DNA of 62,224 bases. It comes from Elsinoe ampelina (Eukaryota). The stretch is from NCBI GenBank assembly GCA_010093995.1, contig ML992501.1, positions 3,244,489 through 3,306,712 of the forward strand. Direction: 5' to 3'. A program made the position numbers and the translations under genes. Below are positions 49,810 through 62,130 of this stretch, in pieces; within the stretch, counting starts at the first letter, position 1, and each line of letters begins with the position of its first letter. The notes beneath the pieces are model-generated. The model ran no database searches. It was not told the origin of the DNA and was given only the letters and a program-made list of their open reading frames with translations.

Positions 49810-50064
49810 TTAGCGGATCCGTCTAACAAGGTTTCTTCCATACGCTATAGTCGGACCGGTGATTCGACTGATGGTTCTACTGGTGGTTCTGCTAGTAAGT
49901 CCCTTTGCACTCCGACGGTCGAACAGGGCGGTGTTGTAGCAATTGCCTGCACTAGTCGCTACTAGACCTCTCCCGGCGGTGCATTAAGTGTCGGAGAAGG
50001 TTTGCACGTCTACGCTAACAGCGGTAGCTAGTAGAGCGATAGTAAGGGAGGCGAAGATCTTTAT
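49810..50064 (-). pseudogene. RIP-damaged small secreted Cys-containing protein
   Basis: 85-codon frame: (ATA)KIFASLTIALLATAVSVDVQTFSDT*CTAGRGLVATSAGNCYNTALF... Signal-peptide-like N-terminus; ATA start and TAA at 49984-49986 fit ATG>ATA and CAA>TAA. Confidence 0.6.
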
Positions 50065-52562
50065 AATTACTTGCTATAGATCGTTAGTTAATGCTAGATT
50101 TTGTCGAGTCTATAGGCTATTTACTCTTTCTCTAAAAGTATTAGAGGTTAAATATAGTAGAGTTGTTACGCTATAGTGTTATAATGCTATAGGCATTATT
50201 TAACCTATACTAGTTATCTATAAATATATCTTAAGATACTACTTCCTTATATACTTTACTAAGCTTAATAGTATCTTTCTATACTAGCCTTAATAATATT
50301 AATAAAGCTAATAAAGCTAAAGATAACACTTTATACTATATTATTAGATATATAATAGACTAATAGTATTATTTATCTAATAGTTTTACCTTTATAAGAT
50401 AAGCTTTATCTATTTTAATACTTAGCTAACTACTTATATAATATTTTAATATATATTTATTAAGCTCTAGAATCTATAGTTATATACTTACTCTATAAGT
50501 ATAATTTAGATTTAAAAATACTAAGAAATCTAAAGTAGAATACTTAATTACTTAATAAAGATCTTTATTTCTTTCTCTTTTACTTTTATAGTTTTTATTT
50601 CTCTATTTTACTTTTATTTAAGCTTTAAAATATTATTAATATTCTTTTACTCTTAGTTATTAGTATAGAAATTAGTTTACTTAAGAGACTTATTCTCTTT
50701 TATAGTTAATAGTATATCTATATTAGTTATATAAATATCTTTCTAAGTAATAGATTTTTCTTTTATATATAAATATTTATTATTTTACTATATAGTAATT
50801 AAGTAATCTAAAGAGAAAAGATAGTTATTATAAGTAAGCTCTACTAAGCTATATTATCTACTAAGCTTTACTTAGTACTTTTACTCTCTATATAAAAGAA
50901 TAGCTAGTATTTATACTTATAGTATTATTATAAATCGTCTAAATATAGCCTATGCTAGTAGTCTAAGCTAAGCTAGAAACGAGGTAGTTTTACTTCTATA
51001 GTAGTATAGTACTAAGGTAAGAGTTAGAGAAGGTATATCTTATAAATAATAAAGTATAATTAGATAGTATTATAAAGGCTAGCCTTAGTAATACTAGTGT
51101 TTACTATCTAGATAAGGTTAACTATAGTACTTATATAAGGTAAGGACTATTCCTATATATATATATTCTCTATTATGTTCTCTATATACTCTATATACTC
51201 TATAGTAAGAGTTAGAAGTAATATAAAGTACATATCCGCTAGTAACCTAACTAGAATACTAAATTCTACCTAGGGTAGAGTAGAATTTCTAAACCTTAAA
51301 TTTGTATAATAGAAGGGTTAGGGTTATACCTAGGGTAGAATTATTTTTTAGACCTAGGGTAGAATTATATTCCTAGGATATTTTTATTGTAATTTTAGTA
51401 TTAGTTTAAAGAGCGTCTAAATTATTATTAAATAGCTTCTAAACAAAGTTTAAAATATTAAGTAGTATAGAGTTATAATAGTTTAAAAACTATATTAGGT
51501 TAGTAATATTTAGAATAAAGTTCCTATAAGTTTATAGGGGAGAGAGTAGTTTCTATACAAAAAAGATAGTTTATAAAGAAGAAGTTTAGTCTAAAGCTCC
51601 CTTATAGAAGAGGCAAGGCTTAATATTAATAAAGCTATATTAATTAATTTACTTAGTCTACTTAATTATCTACTTAATCTGTCTATTAAGCTACTAGCTA
51701 CTATACTATAATAGAAAATAAAGGAAAGAACTCTATAGGAGAAAAAGCTTTATATAACTAAAACTATCTTAATATATCTAATATATCTATTAAGCTATTA
51801 ACCTTGTCTAACCTCTTCCTTATCTAACCTCTCCTATAACTAACTTCTTCTATAACTAACTTCTTCTATAACTTCTTCTCTCTCCTATCTTCTTCTCTTC
51901 TCTAATTCCTTCTCTTCCCTAACCTAAGTCTTAGGCTAAGGCATCTTACTAGCTAGAAGAGTAGTAATTATAAGAACTGCCTTACTATTCTCCTAGACCT
52001 AGTACTAAGCTAGACTATAGTTAGATAGCCTATTAGTAATCTAAATAGTGTCTAGTATAGCTAGTAAAGGCCTATAATAGTCCTAGAAGTATCTAAAGCT
52101 AGACTAGAAGGAAAGTATATTAGCTAGCTCTTTAATATAGACATAGATAGCCTAGATAGAGTTATTCTAGGAGAGGAGAGTAATAGCTAAGCTAAGGTAG
52201 ATCTAGGTAATACTAGTAATAACCTAGTACTAAGAATTAGTATACTATAAGGAAGAGAGAAGAATAAGAAGTAGATAAACTAGCTTATTCTAAACCTTAC
52301 ATTTATTAAAGTTAATAGGCTAACTAGTAAGTACCTACTTAGCTATATTAAGAATAGCTTTAACTTAGATAGAGCTAGTAGAACTACTAATAAAGTAGGT
52401 AGTAGAGTCTATAGTAGTACTAGTATAGGAGTAGAAGCTAAGATATATAAATTAGATATAATAAAGTAGAAGATAAAATAGCTATAGGTTAGTATAGAGT
52501 AAAATAAAAGAAAGAAAGTTCTAAAGAAGAGAGAGAAAGTATATATATCTTAGAAGAAGAAG

Positions 52563-52778
52563 TAAGCCTATAAAGGTAAAGATAAGTAAGCCTATAAAGG
52601 TAAAGATAGGTAAGTATATAAAGGTAAAGACTAATAAGTATATAAATATAAAGATAGGTAAGTATATAAAGGTAAGAACTAATAAGTATATAAATATAAA
52701 GATAAGTAAGTATATAAAGGTAAAGACTAACAAGTATATAAATATAAAGATAAGTAAGTATATAAATAGGAAGATAGG
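52563..52778. repeat. 24-bp minisatellite, 9 units
   Basis: Units such as TAAGTATATAAAGGTAAAGATAGG and TAAGCCTATAAAGGTAAAGATAAG repeat every 24 bp from 52563. Confidence 0.9.
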
Positions 52779-53949
52779 CAAGTCTACCGCTCTAAACTTA
52801 TTACTACTTCCCTTATAACTTAACTTCTTCTCTCCTAATATAGCTCTCTACGTAGTCCCTATTAACTTATATATAGAGAGGAAAAGAGATTTATTACTAC
52901 CTAATCTACTAAAATTAGGTAGATTATAACTATATATATACTTAACCTAATAAACTAAAAGATAGCTAAGTTAGAGAACTTCTAAATTGTAATAGATTAA
53001 GATAATAACTATCTAAATTAATTATAAACTAGTAAAGTTATTAAAGAGTGCTTAGTTTAACCTACCTAAACACTATATGTCTTAGAAGGAAGAGTATATT
53101 CTAATAGTTTTACTAGAGCAGGGTTAGAGTATTTTCCTAGATTCTAATAGAATTTCTAACCTCTATTCTTTAGAACTTCCTAAGATTTTTTCCCTTTAAA
53201 TTTTTTAGAGATTACTTATATTACCTAGGTCTTCTATAATACTTAGTATCATCTAGAATTATCGAGTATTACTCCTAGAATCTAGGTTATAGTATACTAG
53301 GACTATCCTAAAAATCTTTTAAAGTTCCTAAGAAAATATAGAGTAGAGGTCTTAGTAGCTTTACTCTTAATAGTTAGAAACTCTAGAATATCCCTATAAA
53401 TTTAAAGAGGCCTAGGTAGACTAGTAGATAGACATAGAATATATATTAAAGCAGAATAAATTTCCTAGTAAATAGAAGGTCTAAGAATTATAGATAACTC
53501 TATAGTACTTAGATTATATATATAGATATCGCTCCTAGAGTTATTAGGGAAATCCTAGAGCCTATAATCCTTAATTAAATAATAGACAACTAGGATCTTT
53601 AGTAGAAATACCTACCTCCCCTCCTATCTTTGTCTTTTCTAACTACCTCTTAGCATTCCCCTATTATTTTCCAGAGTCTAGGGTTCTTAGGACAGCTAGA
53701 TTGATATTTAATAGCTTTTTATAATACTAGATTTAGATCTAGTAAGTAGATTATATCGGTAGGAGTTAGAATAGAATTCTTAAGGGCTTATAGTTCCGCT
53801 AGAGTATAGAGCTATAATTATAAGTCTATCTACCTAAAGGTTTAGGCTATTGTTTCTATTGTATTACCTATTGTTATATTACTCTAGGCAACAATAAACT
53901 TTTATAAGGAATTGTTAGTAAGCATTTCTAGTTTAGCCCCTAGTAGCTA

Positions 53950-55600
53950 GGCGTTAGTTAGTATATCCTAAGTCTCTAGGGATTATAACCTAGGCCTTTT
54001 ATATACTATATTTATATACTCCTTTATTATTATATTACTCTTTGTTTTATATGCCTAGCTACCTAGCATGACTTATAGATCTTATATATCTCTTTTATTC
54101 TCTCTAGCTTTCTTCCTTTCTCTTCTTATTACCTTTATTATAGTAAGTTTGCCCTATTATAGCTAGATCCTTATCTAGTCCCTTTAAGAGAGTTAAAGTA
54201 GCTAGAGATACCACTATAGAGATTAAACAGCTTCTAATTAGCTCTAGAAAGAACTAGCTTTATAGCTTACCTATAGCCTTTATAGCCTTTATAGCTTTTA
54301 TAGAGCTTTTTACTAGTAAGAGATAGATATACCTAGTAGCCCTTTACACTAATAAGCCTAGCAGCCTTTATAGTAATATATATAGCTCTATTTAGCCTAT
54401 AGATCTTATCTCTGCTACTTTGACTCTACTAAGAGGCCTTAAATAAGGACCTTTAGTAAATATAAGCCTTCCTAAGAACCCTAACTAACTATGACTTCTA
54501 GTTCTAACCTCCTAGCTCTCTTACAATTTTGCCTTCCTTCCTAAACAACTTCCTAAGCCTAGCGCTCCTAGTAACTATTATAGCTCCTAGGGCCTCGTAT
54601 ACTAGGACTCCTATAACCTTCCTAGCTACTACTAGAGATAGAGTTACTAACCTAAATACCCTAAGTAAGCCCTAAGCCCCTAATACATATTATAATTTCA
54701 CTAACACTTCTAGGCTATACCTAGGTTCCTATAACTCTTCCCTTTGCCTAGCAGGTCTAGGCTAACCTCTAGGGACTTAATATGGCCTAGCGCAATTCCC
54801 TAGACGCCTAGGTTAAACCCCTAGTTAATACTAATCTCTAGATCTTCGCTAGGACCGGTCCTAAGTTCTAGCTTAACTAGCCTATTAACCTAAGGACTCC
54901 TAGAACGACTATAAACCTTTCTAGATCTAATACTAACTACCTAGTTTCTCTACTTGTCTATAGCGCTTCTAGGTATACTATCTACCTAGCTAGTTAGGAG
55001 TATACTTCCTATACTTAGGGGAACGGCAAATATAACTCCTATGTTACTATAACTACTCCTAATAGCACTATACTCCTAAGGGGCTCCTATACTAACTATG
55101 GCTTCTAGAACAATTACTATAGCTATAGCTTGTCTAGTACGTATTTCTAAGTTTCCTAATTAATCCTAACTAACATAAGTCCTAGACTACTAGAGAGCTT
55201 CTAGACGCCCCTCTACTAACCTTACCCCTATACGTCCTAGGGCTTCTAGACCTATAAGACGCCTTAGAGGTCTCCTAACCGACGATAAGGCTACTAGGGG
55301 CTTCCTAATTGAGCTTCCTAACGACTCTAACTCTTCTAAGAACTAGCGCGCCCTAGACAATTTCCTAGCTCTCCTAGATAATATTAAGGCTTAGGTAACT
55401 ACCCTAAGGGACAGGGGCTACCTAGTAGAGTAAGACAAGCTCCTAGATCTTACTAAGTCTAGGCTTATCTTTAATAAGGCTTAGGGCTAGTTAGAATCAT
55501 ATATGGCCTTAGGGTAACTTTAGGGGATATTAGAATAGAGTAGCTAGCTCTCCTAGTTTTCTTAAGTGTAGGGTAAGTAAGTAGCTTTCCTAGGGTTTAG
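53950..55600 (+). pseudogene. RIP-degraded spliced gene of unknown function upstream of the helicase gene
   Basis: Codon-like readings (EALDKDLQQMQAFLRTL at 54433; RALDNFLALLDDIEAQV at ~55345), a P/Q/G-rich middle, and an intron-like GTACGT..CTAAC..AAG at ~55137-55179 coinciding with the frame change. Bounds approximate. Confidence 0.45.
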
Positions 55601-56361
55601 ATAGCTTAGTCTAAGTGTTCTAGATGTTATAATAGGCTAGTAAGCTCCTAGATATTATAACTCTAGTTCTAAATCAGAAATCTTCACTAATAGTCTATTA
55701 AATTTCCTAGTGTTCCTATGATATATAGGTAACATAGTGTCTTCCTAATATGCCTAAACCTTCTAACCTTAGGTTAGAATTCTAAGCTTAGCTAAGAGTT
55801 AGGGTAATCTTAGGGTCTTCCTGTAATTTATGCCTAATATAATATTCTTCTAATTCGCCTAGACCTACTTACCTTAGGATTTTAAGCTAAGTATTTCTAA
55901 CTATTAGGGTAGTTGCCCTATGCTACTAGAGTATCCTAATCTGCCTAAGCCTACTATATATAGGGGCCTTGTTATTGGCTAACATAAGTATAGTTACTAT
56001 TTTGCCTAATCCTATCTAATCGGCAAGAATTTCTCTAGTTAAGCTATCCTTACGTTCTTAGTTAAGCATAAAGCCTACTCTAACCCTAAAAAACTTAGAC
56101 TGTATTTTTTTAATTTATGTCTAGTATAGTAGCTTTCTAATTTGTCTAGGCCTACTAACCTTAGGGCCTAAACCCTAAGTCCCCTACGTCTTAGTCTACT
56201 AAATATCTAAGATCTACTGTCCCTTAGAACCTTAGAAGAGTAGTCTAGAGCTTTAGAGGTTCTCTAATAAAGGTTAAGTCTCTATATAGAATACTAAGCT
56301 TTATATAAAAGGTACTACTATTTAATACTTCCTAGATCTATTTAGTTTACTCCTATCTACT

Positions 56362-59300
56362 ATAGTATCCTAGCAAGAACTATAGGTCTCCCCCTAGGTT
56401 TCCTATCCTTACCTAGTAGAAGAAACACCCTTTAAGTACTTCTAGTAGTTTAAAGTAATTATCTATATAAATTATAGATTTACTATAATCCCTAATTAGG
56501 TCACTTCCTACCTAAAGAAGTATTACTCTTCCCTAGTAAAGGATAGGTAGTAGAACATTATTAGTATAGTAGGAGATATACTAAATTTAGCAAGGAAGAA
56601 ATTAGATATCTAGTACCTCTACCCTATAGCGGAAGCAATTCTAGAACTACCTATTTAAGGTCTAGGCTTTAAGTGTGTCTATAGGGATACTTAGGAAGGA
56701 CAGTATAGCTATATTACCTAGCATGTTAAGGTTATATAATAGTACTATAGCTAGAAGCATAACTAGAAGAGTAATAAGTCTAGGGGAGAGAGTAAGGCTT
56801 AGAGAGTAAGACTAAGGAGTAATAAGATATAGGTTAGTAGTATCTAGAGCTAGAAGTTCTTTTAGGATAAAGCCTAGTAAAAGTCTTTCTAGGTTTAAGT
56901 CCTAGATATAGGAGTAGTATAGGAAAGACCTAAGGATAGAGTTAATATATAGTTAGGAATCTATTAGGACACCCTAAGTAGGAGGAACAACTAGAAGGTT
57001 ATTTAAGGTCTAGGAAACAGATATAAGGTTAATTCCTAGCTAGAAATAACAGGTTAGATCTAGCATCTTACAGGATTTAAGTAGCTCTAGGTCCTATAGG
57101 CTATTACTCCCCCTAGTTAGGATTCTATTCTTTAGCTATATTAGCTCTCTAGAGCTAGAACATCCTATAGTTATAGGATAAAGCATAGAGTATACCTAAT
57201 AATAGAGGAACAAGTAGAAGCTTAAGGACAAGTATAGGCTAAGAGAGATAGTTACTTTAGGCACTTTACTAATTAGGAGGCATAGGAGAGAGATGCTAGG
57301 CTACTAAGAGCTAGCGGGGCAACTAGTACACTTATTAGACTCTACATAAAGACTACTAAGTAGTCTATAGTAGGAAATGCAGTTCTAGAGTTTATTAAAA
57401 GACTAGAGGTTAGCGGAAGTAAGGACTAGTAACTATTCTATTCTAAGTATAAAGTTAGTACTATTAGGAACTACACTAATGTTTAGGTAAAGCTACTAAG
57501 GTTTATCTAGAGGACCTAGGACCTAGCTAAGAGAGATAGACTAAGATATAAGCTACTAACTACATAGAGGATATTCCTAATAAATATTATAGACTTAGTA
57601 AGACAAGATAATAGAGATAATAACATTAGGAGCTAACTAGTTAAGAGTCTTAGGCAATTCTAGCTGTCTATGTTCTAGCATAAGCTTAGTAATAATTATT
57701 ATAAAAGTGCTCTAGTTAGTAGACTTGCTATTCTTAGCTTAAACACTAAAGATAGAAGCTAGGCTAGACCTAAGAACTTTAGCTCTACTATTATAGCTCT
57801 AGTAACTATTAGTAAGGCACTAGTAGTTAGATAAGCATAGAAGTAGAGGGAAGATAAGATAGACAACCTAGTTAAAGCTAAGGAGCTTAATAGGTCTAAG
57901 GCTAAGGAGATAGTACTAGGAATTCTTATAAGGGTATAGGAGACAGTCTAGAAGTTTATAGCTATTACTAGCTTCTATAGGCGACTAAATGTGATAGATA
58001 GGCTAGTTAGGATGCTTAAGTATAGTAGGGAGGTTAGGAATACTACTAAGGGTCTAGCTAGGATTACCTAGGAAGGTGAAGTAATTATAGTTAATAAGGT
58101 TAAGTTCTCTATGCCTAACCTAAAGATAACTGTTTATAGGTTACTAGTAACTTACTAGAGGCGTATAAGGATTAACTTAATACGTTTAGAAGAGGAAGAT
58201 AAAAAGGGGCAAGAACTACTATCCCTAGAGCTTAGGAACCTATAGGACTCCCTAGGAGAGATAAGGGAAGGCTTTAGCTTTCTTACTCTCTAGAGCAATT
58301 AATAGTCTATAGATAGGTTATCCTAGCTAGCTTAGAGGCTACTAAGGTACATTAGTAGACCTTAAGGTAGTAAAGGCTTTCTCCTAAACTAGAATATAGT
58401 TAAGAAATAGGTCTCTTAGCTTAGGAAATTCAAGGAAGAACTATTTGTCCTAGTATATCTTACTAGAGGCGCTTCTACTAGGGGCACGGAGATAGTTAGT
58501 ATTAAGTGCTAGAATAGCCCTAATAGGAGAATAGGCAGGGGGATATTTCTAGACAGAGGCTTAGTTAGCTTTGTGTTATCCTATTACAAAGTATCTAGGA
58601 TTAAGAGTAGAGCAAGGACAGTATATAGATATATCCCTTAGAAAGTTAGCTAGTTAGTAGTATATTATCTCTAGCTTATAAGACCTTTTAGTAGGTAGCT
58701 AAATAGCTTCTAGAGAGGTAACTATAAGGACAGTAGGTATCTCTAGAAGCTAGAACCTAAGGCTAAGTAGAGTAATAAGGAGGTAGAAGATTATAGCTCT
58801 AGGTCTAACAGGGGAGAACTTATAGATATTACTAGTTAGGATAAAGAGGTAGAAGAGTTAGTAGAGACCTTACTACTAGGACTACTAGCTAGACAGCCTA
58901 AGAACCTTAATAGATTCTAGAGCACTAATAGGAGAAGAAGAGTACTTAGCAGGGAGACTTCTAGTTATATAGGGGCTAGGATTACTATAGTATCCTAGAG
59001 GCAGGTCTACTCTACTATCTAGAGGAACTATACTAGAGATGTATTTACTAGGGCTATCCTAGATAATCTATTTACCTATAAAGAGAAAGCTTAGGTAAAG
59101 GGCTTAACAGGAAAAGGTAAAGAACTATCTCTAAATATTAGAGAAGAGTAGTTAGGCTATAGTAAGTAAATAGAAGAGTTAGTGTATAGGATTCTCTACT
59201 CTAAGTCTCCTAATAGTACTCTATTAGAAAGGGAAGACTTTAGGAAGGTTAGTGTAGATTAGTATAAGTTCCTAGGCTTCTCTTTTACACTAGAAGATCC

Positions 59301-61785
59301 TATTAAAGGCTCTAAGGCTAGGAGACAAGAAGAACTTTAGCTTAAGGTAGACTAGTTCCTTCGCTAGAAGAAGATTAGAGCTATCTAGCTTACCTAGGCA
59401 CTATATTAACTCTATAGGCTAGGTGCTATATTCCGGGGCCTATAGAAGAAGGCCCTAAAGGCTATTATTAAGGGAGAGTAGAGGCTTATAGTAATTATAG
59501 GCATAGGAAAGGGAAAGAGCTTATTGTTTATGCTACTAGTAAAGGTAGTCCCTAGGGGCCTAATAGTAGTTATTGTTCTTCTTGTCTCTCTAAAGAATAA
59601 TCTAAAGAGAAGGTATAATTAGTCTAGTATTAGGAGTGCTAAATAGTCTAGTAAGAAGTATACCTTCTAGGCAGATATCATCTTTGTTGTTCTAGAATTA
59701 GCTATTACTAAGGAATTCTAGAGGTTCCTAGAGTCTAGGAAGCTTATAGGTAAGGTAGATAGGATTATCCTTAACAAGTGTTATATACTCCTAAACTCCC
59801 TTATAGGCTAGAGACTAAAGATGCTAGAGCTAGTAAGTATAGTAGATAAGGGGATATAGCTAATCTTCCTTATAGCTATAATAAGGCTAAAGGATAAACC
59901 TAACTTACTTACTATTATAAATCTTAGAGAGGAAGATCTAAGAATTATAAGGAAAGAGATAAGTAAGAAGAACCTAGAGTATAGAGTATTAGAGTATAAT
60001 AGACAGGATAAAGTAATAGAAGTTAGAAGGGTAGTTAAGTAGAAGCTAAGAGAGTATAAGCAAGAGAAGATTATTATCTATATTAGGGACATTAGGTAGA
60101 GTAATCTAATAGCTAATAACCTTAGAGCTAAGGTCTATAATGCTTAGATTAGGTTAGAGGAAGTTAAGAGAAGAGTGCTAAGGAGACTTTAGGAAGGGAA
60201 AGAGAGAGTATAGGTCGCTAGTAATACCCTAGGTGTTAGGCTTAATATACCTAACATTAGGGTAGTTATTTATATATATATAAGGAGCAAGATAAGGGAC
60301 TATATCCAGGAAAGTAGTAGGGTAGGCAGGGATAGCTAGAAGAGTAAGGCTATTATTATAGAAGCTTTAGTAGGGCATAGGAGAGGCAGGATTCGACTAG
60401 GAAGGAGCTATATAGAGGCTAAGATAAAGAAGTACCTTAGTAGAGACTCCTATAGGCGAAAGGTCATTAATAGGGAGATAGATAGTAGAGGCAATAGACT
60501 AGGGTATAAGATTAGAAAGCTAAGGTGTAATATATGTTAGGGAGTGTTAGTAGGCCCTAAGAGGAAAAGAATTATAGTATAGAATTCTAGGGACTACCTA
60601 AGTCTAGGCTAGCTTTAGGAACATCGGGAGGAAGTTATCTAGAGCAGGGAGAGTTTATATAGCACATAGAGAGTATAGGACTTAGCGGATATAGAGAGAA
60701 AGGAGTAGGAACTATCTAGGAAGATTATAGAGTTATAGAGGTAAGAGGTAGCCCTTAGGGAGAGAGAGGAAGCCTTAGGGATTATTAGTGTAGCTTAGAA
60801 GAACATTAAAATATTAAAAGAGAAGCTTAAGGATTAGCTAGAGTCCCCTAGGCATTCTACTCCTAAGCTAGCTATCTCTATAGAAGAAGGCGACGCTAAT
60901 AGTATATAGGATAGAAGTCTAGAATTAGGTAAGAGACCTATAGTAATTATAAATAGAGTTAGGCTAGACAGTAATAAGGATAACTTAAGTAATAAGTTTA
61001 AGAGTTAGGTAAGTATATCTAAGGATCTGCTAAACATAATAGAAACTCTAAAGTACTAGGATTAGGTTTAGTAGAGACATAAGTATATTCTTAAGGAGAG
61101 GAAGAAGATTAAGAGGAAACTAGAGAGTAGGGAGGTTATAGAGTAGCTAGAGATAAAGCTAAGAGCCTAGAGGTCTAGCTGCCTATTCTATAAGGTTAGA
61201 GGCAAGTATAAGTCTTAGAATTATATATAGCCTTTATATAGTAGAATGTCTTAGGTAGAGAGGGCTAAGTTCTAGCTTAGTGTTAAAGCATATAAGAAGA
61301 TCCTACTAGACAAGTATACTAGGTGCTAGTAGTACTAGATGCCTAAGGCTAGATATTAGAGGTACTAAGAAGGAAAGTTAAACAAGGGAGGCTTTAGGAT
61401 ATACAATAAAGTACCTAGGGCTAAGTGTTAGTAGGGGAATCTCCTAAAAGAGGTCTGTATAGCAGTACTTCTCTTCTGCCTAGTTAGAAGAATAAAGACA
61501 AGGAAGGTAGGAGACTAGGAGGTCTAGATTAGATAGAGATATATTATTTAGAGATATAGGAATATACAGGAAGAGTTAGTAGAGGGGTAGGCTATTTAGC
61601 AATAGATCTAGCTAGGAAAAAAGATAGCTAGGAAGGACATTAAGATAATAGAGAGTACACTAGTAGTACTAGAAAGCTAGCTAAGACTCTAGTTAACTAG
61701 GATAGACAGGAAAGGTAGGGATACTAGGACATATAGTAGGTAGACTAGAATAGACAGGAGAGTTAGGAATTCTAGGCTATATTAA
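56362..61785 (+). pseudogene. Telomere-linked RecQ helicase (TLH-like) pseudogene with DUF3505-like Zn finger and tyrosine-recombinase-like domain, RIP-inactivated
   Basis: De-RIP, one frame: VIICxxC..HL..HH (56455), FRGLQ (59431), MGTGxGKSLLFMLP (59497), RIILDECH (59761-59784), FLTAT, VASNALGVGLDIPDIR (60214), YIQESGRAGRDG (60301), CRR..MD..C..CDVC Zn site. TATATAAAAG at ~56303; likely start ATG>ATA at 56362; stop uncertain. Confidence 0.9.
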
Positions 61786-62013
61786 AAAGTTAATAAAGAG
61801 AGTATTAATCTAATAAATAAAATAATAAATAATAAATTAGTTAAGAACCTTGGACTTTAAAAATAAGATTATAATAAATAATATATTAATAAAAGAGTAA
61901 AAGTATTATTTATTTATTAGAAAGTTTAGAATAAAAAACTAAATTATAAAAGATATATATTAAGAATATAGCTTAAAGTAAGTTTATAGAATACTAAGAA
62001 TTTAAAGAAGCTC

Positions 62014-62121
62014 TAGAACCTATAGAACCTATAGAGCCTCTAGAATTTATAGAATCTTTAGAACCTATAGAATCTTTAGAACCTATAGAATCTTTAGAAC
62101 CCGTAGAACCCCCGGAACCCG
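62014..62121 (+). repeat. Telomere-adjacent 9-bp tandem repeat (12 units)
   Basis: TAGAACCTA / TAGAATCTT / TAGAACCCG / CGGAACCCG at 9-bp spacing; three degenerate units from ~61987. Confidence 0.9.
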
Positions 62122-62130
62122 ACGTAGGAG

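Larger units (their letters stand above)
50100..62121. repeat. RIP-mutated AT-rich subtelomeric block
   Basis: TpA/CTAG excess, CpA/TpG/CpG depletion, no intact ORF, abuts the telomere. Confidence 0.9.

Noticed and set aside
52563..52778. CRISPR-like periodic array
   Set aside because: Tandem units without unique spacers, no cas genes, eukaryotic context.
52521..52781. 86-aa hydrophobic ORF (IFIFIYLL repeats)
   Set aside because: Artefact of translating the RIPed 24-bp minisatellite.
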